A stretch of 64,000 nucleotides of DNA, from assembly GCF_000315625.1 (NCBI RefSeq), contig NW_005434649.1, positions 186,001-250,000 on the forward strand. The letters run 5' to 3'. Positions 1-12,999 of this stretch are shown here, one piece after another (within the stretch, counting starts at the first letter, position 1; every line of letters starts with the position of its first letter). Source of the stretch: Guillardia theta CCMP2712 (lineage: Eukaryota; Protista; Cryptophyta). The notes beneath the pieces were generated by a model. The model was not told where the DNA came from. It saw only the letters and a list, made by a program, of their open reading frames with translations, and made no database searches. Made by a program: the position numbers and the translations under genes.

Positions 1-624
1 TGTGCATATCATAGGCTACCCGAATCACATCAACATCGCCTTTTTCTGATTCTTTTTTAAACAAAGGACGTTTTCTCACACAGACCTTTTGATCCATAAT
101 GTGAGATAAGAAACAAGTGCTTGCTATTGATTACCTTGATCCTGTCTTCAAATTTGCTGTTTCCCTCAGAGGAGGAATCCGCGGTGTGGACCTCAGATCT
201 ACTGTTGGATGTGGGGTTTGCCACAGCAAGGTGATTAGATGGTTTCTTGACAGGAAGAGCCTTGAGCTTTGACAAGTATAAACCGTTGGCCATTCACAAC
301 AATCAAGAATATGCCTGGGCAGGCGGCTTGTTTCCAGCTCCATCTAGTTCGCGTTTCAATACCTGCCATAGAGGATAAATCCTAGGCATTCATTGTGGCT
401 CAAACCTGTAAGAGAGAGAATAGTTTTCTTCGGTCCTCTTGGGTCATGACCTTATAGTCTGCATAGTCTTGCATCTGCATGGTATTCAATCGAGGTCGAT
501 CTGCACAAGAATTGCAAAAGAAATTGACCTGCAAACCAAGAAATTGTTCTTCCTCAATGCCATTGAAGTTACTGGAGAAGTGTCCGAGTCCAGCACTTTT
601 CAGCCACTCGGCAACCCTGGACAT
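1..624 (-). CDS. Kinesin-13 (KIF24-like) with N-terminal SAM domain, 5' part; multi-exon, runs off the left edge
   Basis: The N-terminus MSRVAEWLKSAGLGHF...EDRRKLFSLLQ is SAM-like. After short introns it reads EDRIK-VCVRKRPL (minus strand ~65-145), the hallmark start of a kinesin-13 motor domain. Confidence 0.8.
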
Positions 625-1870
625 GGCGCTGTGTACCTGTGAGACCCGATCGCACCACTGATTGAGTCACCTGGAGCGTAGATAAAGCTCTAGTCGGCAA
701 GAAGACTAACAAACAGAATAGTGGCTATTTGTAGCAAGAAGAAGGCGCAGCTTCCTGCACATAATTGTGAGAACTAACCGTGCAATATCTGGACGATATT
801 ACGCAGACTTAGTGCACAGAGCCTTGATCGATCTTGCTTCCTTCTGCGAATAATAGATTACCGAATTAGCATCACTCTAGAATAGATGTTCATCCATTTT
901 CGACCAAATCAGGGTGAAGGGGCGATGAGAAGTTGCAAACAGAAGAAGGTACACTTTCAAACAGATACAAGGGGCGGTCTTAAGAAGACAAGCAACGTTC
1001 TCTGAAATCAGGTTGTCTCTAAGACAGTTGGGTATGCTTACACCAGGATTAGATTTGACGGCACAGGAACAGCAACGAAGAGGTTCATGGTAGTAGGGAC
1101 GAGGAGGGATAGGAAAGGGAGAGAACGAGGAGGTGAAGCATCAGCATGCACTGAGAGGGCTGAGTCATCGGCATAGCTGATACAGCAAACAACATGACTG
1201 CCGCCGCCCTCGACCCTGAGAACAGCATGGCGCGCTAACTTGAAAATTTGGATGGTTGGATCTGGGGTAGGGTGGTCCTCAGGGTGGGGTATTGGTGAGC
1301 AAGAGCATTTTGTTGATAAATGGTGGGTGGGGTGTGGAAATGGGGGTACTTGGAAAATTCAACGGGTTACCCTTTCAACAGGGTAGGTATATTGAGCACA
1401 GCTGAACTTTGACCCATAAAAAGGTAGGGTGAAATCATTAAAAGAAAGGGGGTAATCGAGGAGCGAAACATGTAACAGACCGGTGATGATAAAGATGAGA
1501 GGGTACGTGTTCCCTGAACCGGTCATGGTTATCTATGGGGATCGACATTGTTGTGGTGAACCACGGGGTAGAAACAGGGAAATGCTATGTGGTGGTACTC
1601 CCGGAATACCCGGTCCAATAGATTTTGATGGGTAGTAGTATGGAATATCTGGGGGTAAGGGTACTCAAGAACGTGATCTCCTCCAGGGGTCGTCGAGGAG
1701 GAGTGGGTGGGGGTGGCAAAGTCAGATCAAGAAACATTCAAATAATTCCAACAGGTGAGCAAATATTAAACATTATCGACTCATTTTGCAATTATCACTG
1801 TGAAACATTTGAAGTTCCTGAATTATTAACCCCACGCCGCGAAAAATGTTCACATTTTGAATCTCAACGA

Positions 1871-2006
1871 TACTGATTTTTAACTTAACTTTGAGTAAAT
1901 AAATAAATTCCGATCTCAGTGCCGACCTCGTCGGAGAAAGCAGCACGGGCCCGGCGGCTGGCCCGGGCCACCATGGATACTGATTTTTAACTTAACATTG
2001 AGTAAA
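1871..2006 (+). repeat. Two direct copies of a ~29-bp dispersed motif TACTGATTTTTAACTTAAC(T/A)TTGAGTAAA flanking a GC-rich core
   Basis: Copies at 1871-1899 and 1978-2006 differ by one base. Reverse-complement copies lie at 11201-11230 and 21089-21107 (partial). Confidence 0.75.
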
Positions 2007-3125
2007 GAAATAGGCCAAACGAAACAAACATGTCAAATGGGTGGAGCGTGTCTATGGCAGCGATGGCAGCGACACCGTGCTGCGACTCGAAGGAGCTGAC
2101 GCCGCCGACCAGAGAAAGAGATGAGGAGAGGGAAGTTCCTGCAAACAAGCGAATGATTCAGCAGAGGATCGAAGTGAAGGAATCGCTGCGCTCATCTGTA
2201 ATGATCAAATTGAAAACTTTATGGTCGTGGAGGAAAAAGGTCGAGAATATCCTTCTGCTGCGTCATCTTGCTGTCATATTCAGGTTGAAGTCTATTGCAA
2301 GTTTCACTCTGTTCTGATTGTTGAACGTCGGATCCGAGAAGTTGTTCTAAGGCTAGGAAACTATGTCGAGAAATTTTCAGCTCGTGGAGGAAGCTACTTG
2401 TGGCGTCGCGTTCGGCAGCGTCCCTGTCGATGGCAGCATCACTATCCATGGCAGAGTCGTATTCAGAAACCTTCAACTCGCTAATGCCCGAGACTCTTGC
2501 GTATCTTGAGCATGCAGTTTTGTTGTTTGTTGAACTGACACTGCTTTGACAGAGCGTAAGTCCGTTGGAGCTTGAAGACGGGAGTATACACGAAATGATT
2601 CTGTCTCGCAGGCTAGAAGTCCTTCACGTTTGTAACATGGAAGAGGATCAGAGAGACTAAAAGACGGGTGATGCCTCAGTCTTAGGTGATCGTCGTGACA
2701 CAGCACATTCAGGTCAAACAAATGGTACACTGTGGAGAGAATGAAGTGGGATACTCAGAAAGCATTGATCAGAGAAGTTGTCACCAATAGTGATCATCAT
2801 GTTCTTGCAATCGGGTCCTTTTTCTGGTGCACAGGACCAAATGGGAGGATTGTTGTTCACCAACATGAAACATGGACAAGTCATGAGGATCCATAAAGAT
2901 AAGGCTAGACGAGATTGCAACGGCAACCGGAAGAATTTACCACCATGTGGTTTATATCATCCTGGACATGTAGCACATCTCCATAAAGACAAGCACGTGG
3001 AATTTTGTATTCCATTTCGAAGTTAAAGCTCGTCTAAAATCACTGTATCAATCTCACTGTATCTCTGTAACTTAACTCTATCATGGATTCAGGCTTGCGG
3101 CAAGGCGATCAGGAAATAAAAGCCT

Positions 3126-3710
3126 TCATGTACTCTGTGCCATGTCAGGATTTTCAACGGAATTCACATTGAATCCCAACGCTACTTGCAAGCTTCCTGA
3201 ATTAATTCGAGTTCTCCTCTTTCTTTGGCCATCGACACAAAGCTCCTGTCTCCTAGCGCATCGCGTGCATGGTCGTTGTTCATCACACTTCAGTCGCGAC
3301 TTTCGGCATGACTCGCATGCCTGCAGCACTTGCTCCCGTTTCCGCTGAACTAGAAAGGGCTCGGTGCTCCCTGACGACCATTCATTGTCATCGTGACAAG
3401 GAACTCCAATGCCATAGCATTGAGCGCAGGGCCGAGAGTCGCCACATTTGATCTTCTTGACCTGACAGTTCTTACAGGCTTTCATGGCTCTGCGCTTGAG
3501 CTTCAAGTCGAAGGACCAAGGTCCGAAAGCTGAGCTGCGGGACTCGCACGCGTCTGCACGGCCAACACGAATGCAACGAGAGCAAGGGCGTTCGTCGTCG
3601 CAGCGAGTCTTGGATCGACGGCATTCCTCACAGGCAGCAAACAGGCGGGAAGGCGAGGGCGCATCCATGGAAAGGAGGGAAGAGATGGAGGGAAAGGCTC
3701 GGCTTGCCAT
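3126..3710 (-). CDS. Intronless protein with three tandem Zn(II)2Cys6 (GAL4-type) binuclear clusters
   Basis: Three CX2CX6CX5CX2CX6-8C motifs: CEECRRSKTRCDDERPCSRC..C, CKNCQVKKIKCGDSRPCAQC..C and CESCRKSRLKCDEQRPCTRC..C. Basic NLS-like QRKRRTR. First ATG at 3710. Confidence 0.9.
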   Translation of the reverse strand: MASRAFPSISSLLSMDAPSPSRLFAACEECRRSKTRCDDERPCSRCIRVGRADACESRSSAFGPWSFDLKLKRRAMKACKNCQVKKIKCGDSRPCAQCYGIGVPCHDDNEWSSGSTEPFLVQRKREQVLQACESCRKSRLKCDEQRPCTRCARRQELCVDGQRKRRTRINSGSLQVALGFNVNSVENPDMAQST

Positions 3711-3967
3711 GCGCTCTATGGTGTGGTGCAATCCGTGTTCGGAAGGTCGGAGTGCGGATGGCTACGTAGTGGGGTGGACCTAGATAGCAAGTAGGTCCTA
3801 GTAGTGAGATACCCACACGGGGTTGGCGTATTTGTCCGTCATGACCCCTATCTCCACAGATACATTTGGGATAATTATAGGGTGGGGTGGTATCGATGGC
3901 ACTGTGGCAGGGGAGGAGCAAGGACTCGGACCGAGAGCCGAAGATGAAAAGAGAGGCAGTGAGACGA

Positions 3968-5248
3968 TGCAGATTGATGCACACTTGTAGAGCTTGTTAG
4001 ATACAACACGATTACAGATTGATGTGCACTTGTAGAGCTTGTTAGATACAACACGATTACAGATTGATGCACACTTGTAGAGCTTGTTAGATACAACACG
4101 ATTGCAGATTGATGCGCACTTGTAGAGCTTGTTAGGTACAACACGAATGCAGATTGATGCGCACTTGTAGAGCTTGTTAGATACAACACGATTACAGATT
4201 GATGCACACTTGTAGAGCTTGTTAGATACAACACGATTGCAGATTGATGCGCACTTGTAGAGCTTGTTAGGTACAACACGAATGCAGATTGATGCGCACT
4301 TGTAGAGCTTGTTAGATACAACACGATTGCAGATTGATGCGCACTTGTAGAGCTTGTTAGATACAACACGATTGCAGATTGATGCGCACTTGTAGAGCTT
4401 GTTAGATACAACACGATTGCAGATTGATGCACACTTGTAGAGCTTGTTAGATACAACACGATTGCAGATTGATGCGCACTTGTAGAGCTTGTTAGGTACA
4501 ACACGAATGCAGATTGATGCGCACTTGTAGAGCTTGTTAGATACAACACGATTGCAGATTGATGCGCACTTGTAGAGCTTGTTAGATACAACACGATTAC
4601 AGATTGATGTGCACTTGTAGAGCTTGTTAGATACAACACGATTACAGATTGATGCGCACTTGTAGAGCTTGTTAGATACAACACGAATGCAGATTGATGC
4701 GCACTTGTAGAGCTTGTTAGATACAACACGATTACAGATTGATGCACACTTGTAGAGCTTGTTAGATACAACACGATTGCAGATTGATGCGCACTTGTAG
4801 AGCTTGTTAGGTACAACACGAATGCAGATTGATGCGCACTTGTAGAGCTTGTTAGATACAACACGATTGCAGATTGATGCGCACTTGTAGAGCTTGTTAG
4901 ATACAACACGATTGCAGATTGATGCGCACTTGTAGAGCTTGTTAGATACAACACGATTGCAGATTGATGCACACTTGTAGAGCTTGTTAGATACAACACG
5001 ATTGCAGATTGATGCGCACTTGTAGAGCTTGTTAGGTACAACACGAATGCAGATTGATGCGCACTTGTAGAGCTTGTTAGATACAACACGATTGCAGATT
5101 GATGCGCACTTGTAGAGCTTGTTAGATACAACACGGATGCAGATTGATGCGCACTTGTAGAGCTTGTTAGATACAACACGATTGCAGATTGATGCGCACT
5201 TGTAGAGCTTGTTGGATACAACACGATTACAGATTCATTTACACTTGT
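3968..5248. repeat. 45-bp minisatellite, ~28 copies, with an internal 540-bp (12-unit) higher-order duplication
   Basis: Unit GCACTTGTAGAGCTTGTTAGATACAACACGATTGCAGATTGATGC repeated head to tail with a few recurrent SNPs. The variant pattern at ~4141-4590 recurs at ~4681-5130. Confidence 0.97.
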
Positions 5249-5426
5249 AATTAGATTCTTTAAACATTACTAGACCCTGGACATTTACAATGCACGACCG
5301 ACGTCTCCCGCTGGCTCCCTCGCGCCTCGAACGGTCACGAGGAGCAGGAGACTCGCCCTGAAAAGAATACTCTTGATTCACCGTCACCTGACTTGACTGT
5401 GTCCCGTGTCGACTTTCAGTCTCGCG

Positions 5427-8227
5427 CTATCTTTTGCTTGTCTTCCCTGCCATGGCTCGCTGCTCCATCAGGTCCTTAAGCAGTTCACGCGCGTCACGCG
5501 TGTTTGGATGATCCCGCCCAAGACACTCCGTGCTGATCTCGAGGGAGCGCTCGCACACTCTCCTCGCCTCGTCCAGCTGCCCCGTCTGCTGCTTGCTGAG
5601 CGCACGGGCAGCAAGGAGAAAGGAGGACAACTCACCTTCTCGTAAAGAATCGCCATGTTGTACAAGGAATCCGCAGTGGACTGCGAGTGAGGAGCTGTTC
5701 TCAGCTTGATGTCCAGGGCCTGGCAGGAAAATCAATTCTGTGAGCCTCCCACTTACCTCAATCTCCTCCCTCCTCCTCATCAACTGTCCATCATACACAC
5801 CTTGCGATAGAGGGTCAGAGCTCCGTTGCAATCTCCAAGGCTTTCCTTGATAGTCGCCATGTTGTTCAAAGCCCGTGCAACTGCCAGCAGAAAAAAAGCA
5901 ACACGATCAATGAGAGGAATGGCAAGCAGCTCAGGTTACGTAGCTCCCTGTCGCCATCTAGCATGAAAGTCAGCCCAACCGGTCAGTGGCTCTTGTTTGC
6001 AAACCTTCTAGATTTGCATCCCCAATGCTCCCAAATACCTTGACAGCCTCCGTCCAATGTGCCATGGCGCCGTTCCTGTCTTTGAGCTACACAAAAGGTG
6101 AGGTCAGGGACCTGAGGATTCAAAGCACCTGCAACAGAATTGCTCCAAGGTTGACGTGAGATCGTGCCACGTCTCGGTGATTCTTTCCCAGAAGTTTCTC
6201 TCTCATCTGCGATCAATTCATGCCGAGTATGGTAACGGATAAAAGCCTCAAACCTCGAGTGAGTTCTTGACATACTTCAAAGCATCCTTGTAAGATTGCA
6301 TATCTCTGCAATATGAATGAGGAAAACTCAAGTGACACAAACGATGTCACCTCAAGATCAAGCCGATGTTTTCCTGAGTCGCAGCTACTTCCGTATGAAC
6401 TTTCCCATATAGCTTGATTTTGATTTGTAGCGCTTCAGTCATTCTCTGTCGTGTAAATCATTCAGGTAGAAGCGTAAGGAGACGATCTAATCACAAGTTT
6501 GGCTTCATCAAGTCTTCCGAGAGCATGATAGGCTTCTCCTAGATTGTTGAGAGTTTTAGCAAGTAGCTCCAGATCCCCAGTCTCGGTGGCTTGTTTGATC
6601 TAGAACAGCTTCATTGGATCCAAATATCTACAGAGGAATCCTACCTTGCCAGAGCTCGTCTGTAACAAGGTGCGTTGAATCTGCAATGATCTGGAGGCAT
6701 GAGTCGTCAATTCATTATGTTCAAATACGAGTGCCGCCTTCAGTGGACCTGCCGTATGAAGAAATCGATGGCTTCAGATACCCTTGTTTCCGAAACAAAT
6801 TTCCCATGCGGACGTATGCCAGAGCTTCTGCTGAGAGCTGCGAAACTCGTGTCAGCAATGAAGACTGTGGCTCTCATTTGATGACCTGATTACAGCTGCC
6901 CAGAATTTGAACTGAAACCTTCAAAAAGTCAAGTGCTCTTGCACTGTCTGCCGAAAAGTTTCCGTAGGCTGCCCCAAGGAGACTGCATACCTACCATACT
7001 GTTGAATGAACAGAAAATTGCTTATGTCTCATTCACCTTCCCTTCAAGCTCGAGATTCCCAAGTAGCATCGCGTAATCTAGAGCTGCCTTGAGGATAGGA
7101 ATTGTCTCTTCACCCCCTCCAGAAGAAATGAGAGATTCTGCGTCATCCAATTCCCTCCGAATGTACTTCTCGATCCTTTCTTGATTCTCTCCGAATGTTT
7201 TTGGCGGTGACTTTGAGTCTTCAGCGTCTATCAAGATGGACAGCGAGAACGATTCATGCCTCTCCCGGATTGCTTGCCAGCAGGCGCCCAGCACTTCCAT
7301 AGCTTGATACTCAAATGCCGAGGCGATGTCGACTTGTCCAAGAATACGGTGCGCTCTCGCTAGACCTTGCAGTGCTGTGATCTTAGTGTTGTCGGTTCGG
7401 TCCCCAATCAGCTTAACGGCATAGCGGAAGCACATGATTGCCTTTTGCTGTCGGTTTGCACGATTATATATCAGACCCATTCGTGCAAGAGATCTCGCCT
7501 CCAAAGTTTTTTCGCTCGCGTCTTTCGCATGGTCAGAAGACATCTTAAGCAGTTTCAGGGCCTCGTTCAGTTTTCCTTGTCTATGAAGGTCGCATGCGTT
7601 ATCATAGAGAGAGTCTGCCTGCTGTTTGAGAGCCAAAATTCGCATCGGCGAGAGAAAAGAAGCTGATTGCGAACGCGATTCAAGGTCGGACTCAACAATG
7701 TCGGATACATCCTCCAGGCTCGCAGCGCTGCGGATGCTCAGAGTGCTCACTTCACTGACTTCTTCGACGCTTTTGATTTCTATGGAGACATCATCGCTGG
7801 CATCCGTTAAGTCGTACGTGACAACATCATTGTTGGGTTGGGATTCAGGACTTTGTGGGGTGTTGACCCTCGCCCTGGCTCTGAACTCCTCCATGAATTG
7901 GGTTGGAAGGGGTGTAGGATTCCTCTGGTCCACTTCAAAGTCCCCCTCTTCATCCTCACTCCCAGATGTCGAAGATGAGACAGTAGAGGTAGTATAGCTG
8001 TCCGTTTCATGCTTCCCAGAAGTGCCGTTGCTAAAGGTTCGGGTCGCTACCGCTCCCGCAGCCGTTGCTGGTTTGGTAGTGGCAGCTGAGGATGCATCTG
8101 TATCCCAGCTGCTACCTGGACGACTCTGACTTGCAACAGACGAAGAATCTTGAGGAGTACGATCGCTATCCTGTTTCTTCTTTCGAAAAGAAGATTTCCA
8201 AGAGAATAATTTCTTCATCGATCGCAA
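5427..8227 (-). CDS. Multi-exon TPR-repeat protein with kinesin-light-chain-like TPRs at the C-terminus
   Basis: The 401-aa first exon has TPR helices (LYDNACDLHRQGKLNEALKLL, ARSLARMGLIYNRANRQQKAI). Later exons include TLNNLGEAYHALG, and the last exon reads ARRVCERSLEISTECLGRDHPNT. Confidence 0.8.
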
Positions 8228-8962
8228 CTTACGTTCCTATGAACGATACGACATCATCGTGGTTCAAACGAGAGGCTCGAGCCATCTGAATACCCTTTCA
8301 GGTAGATGTACATCTCATCAACATTCGTTGGTCATGAATCTTGTGTCTGAATCAAGCATTGCTTGCAAACCACGGCAGTTGTTTGCTCCTTGCAATGTCC
8401 GAAACCGAAGCGATCAGGGTGGTTCCACTAAAGATGAGGCGTAACGATCACAAAGGAGGAGGTCAGGAAAAAGTGCATGAGATATGTCGCTCGTCTTTCG
8501 CATGGGGCTGGGGAGAGGCAAGAGTAGTGTTGGTTGACAAAGGCGGAGGATATACTTTCGATACCGCCCATGGCGGAGCAGTCGGTATGAGGGTTTCAAA
8601 ATGTGGTTTCCGGTATTTTGATACAGTCATTCGGAATTATCTTGTAATTTTTAAAAGTTCTTGAACTATTTTGAAATAATTTTTCAAAGAGGGGTGCCGC
8701 CCCCTTCCCCCATGCTGTTTACAATGAAAGGGACTGAGTCTTCTAGGAGTAGGATAGTCGTGCTGCCTTCTAATGACGTTCATTTGATACGCTGAGGCGG
8801 GTTTCTTTTTGTATCACTCCAATGCCGCACACCTGATTTTGCAAAAAGTTGTACGATGACCTTTTAACCGTCACACAATCCTGTAACGTACTGCAAACAT
8901 TGAACTAGAAAGCTTCAGTCAATAAAGGAGAAAGCTACTGGTAGTTACTTGAGGTTGAAACC

Positions 8963-10781
8963 ATGCTTGTTGACGAGCCGGACCCAACAAGCGCTCGCAT
9001 GGCAGACCAGGAAGGGAACATGCAGGACGATCTCATGGAAGCAAGTATCATCATGCGGCATGAAAGTTTCTTGCTCGACGGGTAAGCGCAGGCTGAGCTG
9101 TTTGCTGTTGCAAGATAATACCGTACATGATGTGCATTCAAGTACGTTTCATGCTACTGTGAATGCCCGCCATGTATGTTTTTGTCACTGAAGTTGCAAA
9201 TTTGGCATTCGGATCTTATCGTTACGTACACGCAGAACAGAACCTACCAATACACTCGTAGACGACTCCGCAAGCATCGTAGCCGGTAAAATGGATCAAC
9301 AGGACGAAGAGAGTCTTCCTTTGAGAACAGTTTGTCTCAGATCAAGCATGGGAGCCAAGAAAGCCATCCAGCTTTACAAGTCATGATGTTCGAACTCGTC
9401 ATGGATTTTACTCGCTCTTTATGGGATGTAATGGGGAAAAGTTGTCTTTACACATCCCAGAGACAGTAATCTTTGCTTTCAAAGTCGAATAGAAGATGTT
9501 TATTCATTTTTAGATTCTGTTTGTGAATGGACGACCATCCATCTGGCTCCTGACTTCTGAATCGGAATCAACTTCGGGACATGTTTTAAGGAAGGAAAGA
9601 TTCTCATGTTTTGAAAATTTGCTTGCAACTGAACCGCCGGACAGAGTTCAAAATCAATCAATTGTGACGCAATAATTGAGCATTGGACCAAGAAGTATCA
9701 TAACAGACAAAGCAGTGCGTCATGCTATCTCGTACCTCGTTGAACAATTTGATGATTGATGCAGGGAATATCGAGGGAATCTCAGCGATCTCTTCGAATG
9801 ACTCGCCAACGGTTCCCCCACATTGATCAGTTATGCAAGGATCGTAACAAGATGCAACACAGTTGATCACCAAGAATGTTTTTCTGAATTGGTTGCAATC
9901 CCTGGTAAGACGAGCAAAGCAACTCAGAAAGGTTTGACAATGAACATACAGAAACACGGGAGGAGCTGTTGCAATCGAATAATTCATCAGTACATCAAGC
10001 CTTTGAACAACGTTGGTTTCAGATCCACCTTAACTAAGAAGGGAGAAAACCTGATCTCTCGTAATGATTGTGATACTGTTACTTTGTCTATCATAACGAG
10101 GTGGATGCAGATACCTCTACTTTTCGATTCGGCCATGTATACAAACCAATATCTAAACTGATGCATGTGATCTACCCGACAAGGAAGAGTGCAAGTACCG
10201 GAGTTGCATGCCAGGAAGACTTTCGCTGATCAGTTGTAGTTCGCAAACAGGGAAACGATGAGCCACAAGAAAGTCTTCCACCACCTAGTCAGGTGCCGTG
10301 TACCGCAAGAGTTCTTCTTTGCCATTGGAATGAGAGTATTCTTTATCAGGCTGTACAAAATGAATGCTGCCGCAATCTGCAGAGCATCATGCGGTTCATG
10401 GCTCGTACATGGCAACTCGACTTGGTCAGCAACATTCTGATTCCAGATTTACTGATTGCAAACAGGACGAACTTGTATGCGAGTTTATCCAGGATGCTCG
10501 ACATCGACTTTTCATGGTGAGTTGAGAATTTCTCACCCATTATAATCGGCTCCTCTCACACTTGTCTTTTGGATTCAGATAAGAGTATGCCACTTTGAGG
10601 TTGTCTTTTGACTTGCATCGTCAGTGAGACTGACTTGAAACTTCCCTGCGTCAGTGGAGGGACGGACAGTTTGACCTCACAGATGAAGCAGCGCAACAAG
10701 AGACGCCAACCCCCCTCGTCACGATGGAACAGATCCAAAGTGATTTGAATATTATCATCTCAACTTGAACTTTCAATGTAA
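8963..10781 (+). CDS. Multi-exon hypothetical protein (boundaries approximate)
   Basis: Protein-like segments (MLVDEPDPTS...FLLDG; HPALQVMMFELVMDFTRSLWD; IIHQYIKPLNN; QDELVCEFIQDARHRLFM; ...IIISQLELSM*) separated by GT..AG introns. No family recognised. Confidence 0.45.
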
Positions 10782-11389
10782 AATAAGATCAGCTAACTTT
10801 AACCATCCGCTGAGTGACCTGACTTGATCCGATAATAGTAAGTTCGCCTACCTCATCCTCTAAGTTCGCCGACCGGCGTCCGTGGCGTTCGGTCGCTCCC
10901 GGCAAGTATCAGTATCACGGCGCCCGGCTGGCGACGGGCCCAACCGTGACCGGGACCCGGGGGCGGCCTCGGGCCCCCGGCCGGTGCCACGGTGTCAGCA
11001 TTCAATGATTGACCGCAGCCTCCCAGCTTTCGGCCAACTTCAAGTGGGGTGGGGTGGTTGAGCTAGGAATTTTTGTTTGGGGAAGGGAAAGGATAAGGAG
11101 AGAACCTCGACAAACTGCCGCAGGCTGCTGAGGACTGAAGCATTGCAGACAGACTGGTCGTTTGAGGTCGAGCTCTGCTCAAGATCGGTGTGTTTTGTTT
11201 CTTTACTCAAAGTTAAGTTAAAGATCAGTACATTCTCGGGCTGTTCGCAATTTTTGTGGATTCTTTGCGAACTGCTCTTTGTTGCAAGATCAGTGCTTGA
11301 AAATGAGCGGATTCCGCTTCAAAAACAAATCGTGGATCAATCCGAAATTGATGAGAAACACAAGTGAGGTAGGGGAGGAACAAGGGACC

Positions 11390-12375
11390 ATGTATGCGAA
11401 TCAACAGGAGCATCCTATTTCAAGCACAGATGACACTCAGGCAAAGAAGCAAAAGACAACAAGCAAGTTGGTGCAACCGGTGAACTCGCCCACAAGCCCG
11501 TCGTACTCGCCCACAAGCCCGTCGTACTCGCCCACAAGCCCGTCGTACTCGCCCACAAGCCCGTCGTACTCGCCCACAAGCCCGTCGTACTCGCCCACAA
11601 GCCCGTCGTACTCGCCCACAAGCCCGTCGTACTCGCCCACAAGCCCGTCGTACTCGCCCACAAGCCCGTCGTACTCGCCCACAAGCCCGTCGTACTCGCC
11701 CACAAGCCCGTCGTACTCGCCCACAAGCCCGTCGTACTCGCCCACAAGTCCGTCGTACTCGCCCACAAGCCCGTCGTACTCGCCCACAAGCCCGTCGTAC
11801 TCGCCCACAAGCCCGTCGTACTCGCCCATAAGCCCGACATTTTCGCCTTCAAACCTTACTTTCTCTCCACCAAGAATCGTGCTTTCGCCACCTTCAAGCC
11901 CTAAGCTTCCTCCGATCGGCCCTCTGTTGTCAAGAGATCAATCTTCAGGCCATGAACAGCGAGGACGGATAAGCTTCTGCGTTTGTAACTTGAATCCTTC
12001 AGCCACAGAACTGAATCTCTCACAGTCAGTGCCGTGACGGCACTTAATCTGGTTTGAATTTGTCATTCAGATTATTCGAAGGAGCTGGACCAATCAGAAA
12101 TGTTAAGGTTATGCCCAAAAAGGATGGAAAGGTAGGAGGAGTCAGGTTCATGTAAATCATGTGATTTGATCATTTTCAATTCAGCGTACCACAATCGGGT
12201 TCGTCAATTACGAAGATGAGACAGTCTTGAGTAAATGCCGTGAGGTACGTGAGATCAAGTCAAAGAAAATCCTAAGAGAGTTTGTCGCCAGGTTTGTAAA
12301 GCCTTGGATAAAAACATTCCCAGTTGGAATTTTGGCTTGCGGGTGAAGCGCCTATTGTGCATTCCTTGCAATTGA
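11390..12375 (+). CDS. Non-RPB1 protein with an RNA polymerase II CTD-type heptad array fused to a C-terminal RRM
   Basis: 15 perfect YSPTSPS plus flanking NSPTSPS and YSPISPT. Splicing GT-AG introns 12025-12070, 12132-12184 and 12245-12291 gives, in frame, [78 protein letters not shown] (RNP2 FCVCNL, RNP1 TTIGFVNY). The 3' end is approximate. Confidence 0.75.
11483..11839 (+). repeat. 21-bp coding minisatellite (TACTCGCCCACAAGCCCGTCG)n encoding YSPTSPS
   Basis: 15 units at 11504-11818 are identical except one synonymous AGC>AGT. First and last units are degenerate. Confidence 0.97.
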
Positions 12376-12999
12376 TTTGTTGTAGTCATATTGAGATCTG
12401 AAACTTGCAACAGATTTACGTGAGTGAGCAAGTAAAAGTGGAACCACGATTGAGCTTGTTTTCGAACCGGTGATACAACATAGACTGCTCTTTTCAATTC
12501 AAAGCTTGTTGACATATTTTCTTCGATTCGACAAATTGCTTTGGTCATCAAAGAAAGAGAAGACGGGGTGTGTGACGATGATTGCGTTGCCAGACAGGCT
12601 GACTGAAAACATATGCAGACTTTGATTTAGACTTCTGGGGATCTGACCTCTCAGACTCGGACTCCTCGGACAGGTCCATTTGATCGGCACAGACGTTGCA
12701 TCTTGACAAGTTTTGCAGTGTCGATGACTTCGATGATTTGTTCTCTAGTCCCTCACTTTTCAGCTCGCCGATACAGCGGTACTCGTTTTCCACTCTTCTC
12801 ACTGCATACTCACTCATCTTGGCTGCAGGAGTTCTCTCTACGATCACCCGCGGCTGGTCAAGCTCTCATCTCCTGTTTACCTGCGTTAAAAACTACTCTG
12901 CAGCTGAATTCTCCAGGATCAGACCTGATCACAAGCAGAGGGTCCGGCGGCAAGCGGCACGTCGTTACCTGCACTCCATCGCGTGCCTTCAGCGAGGAA

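Noticed and set aside
2030-3026. Short ORFs between the kinesin and Zn2Cys6 genes
   Set aside because: No recognisable motif or consistent exon chain could be supported.
3875-5224. 449-aa repeat protein
   Set aside because: No ATG start, and the open frame follows automatically from a stop-free 45-bp unit. Not called as a CDS without expression data.
11279-12037. RPB1 (largest Pol II subunit) 3' end
   Set aside because: No polymerase domains upstream, and the heptads are N-terminal to an RRM.
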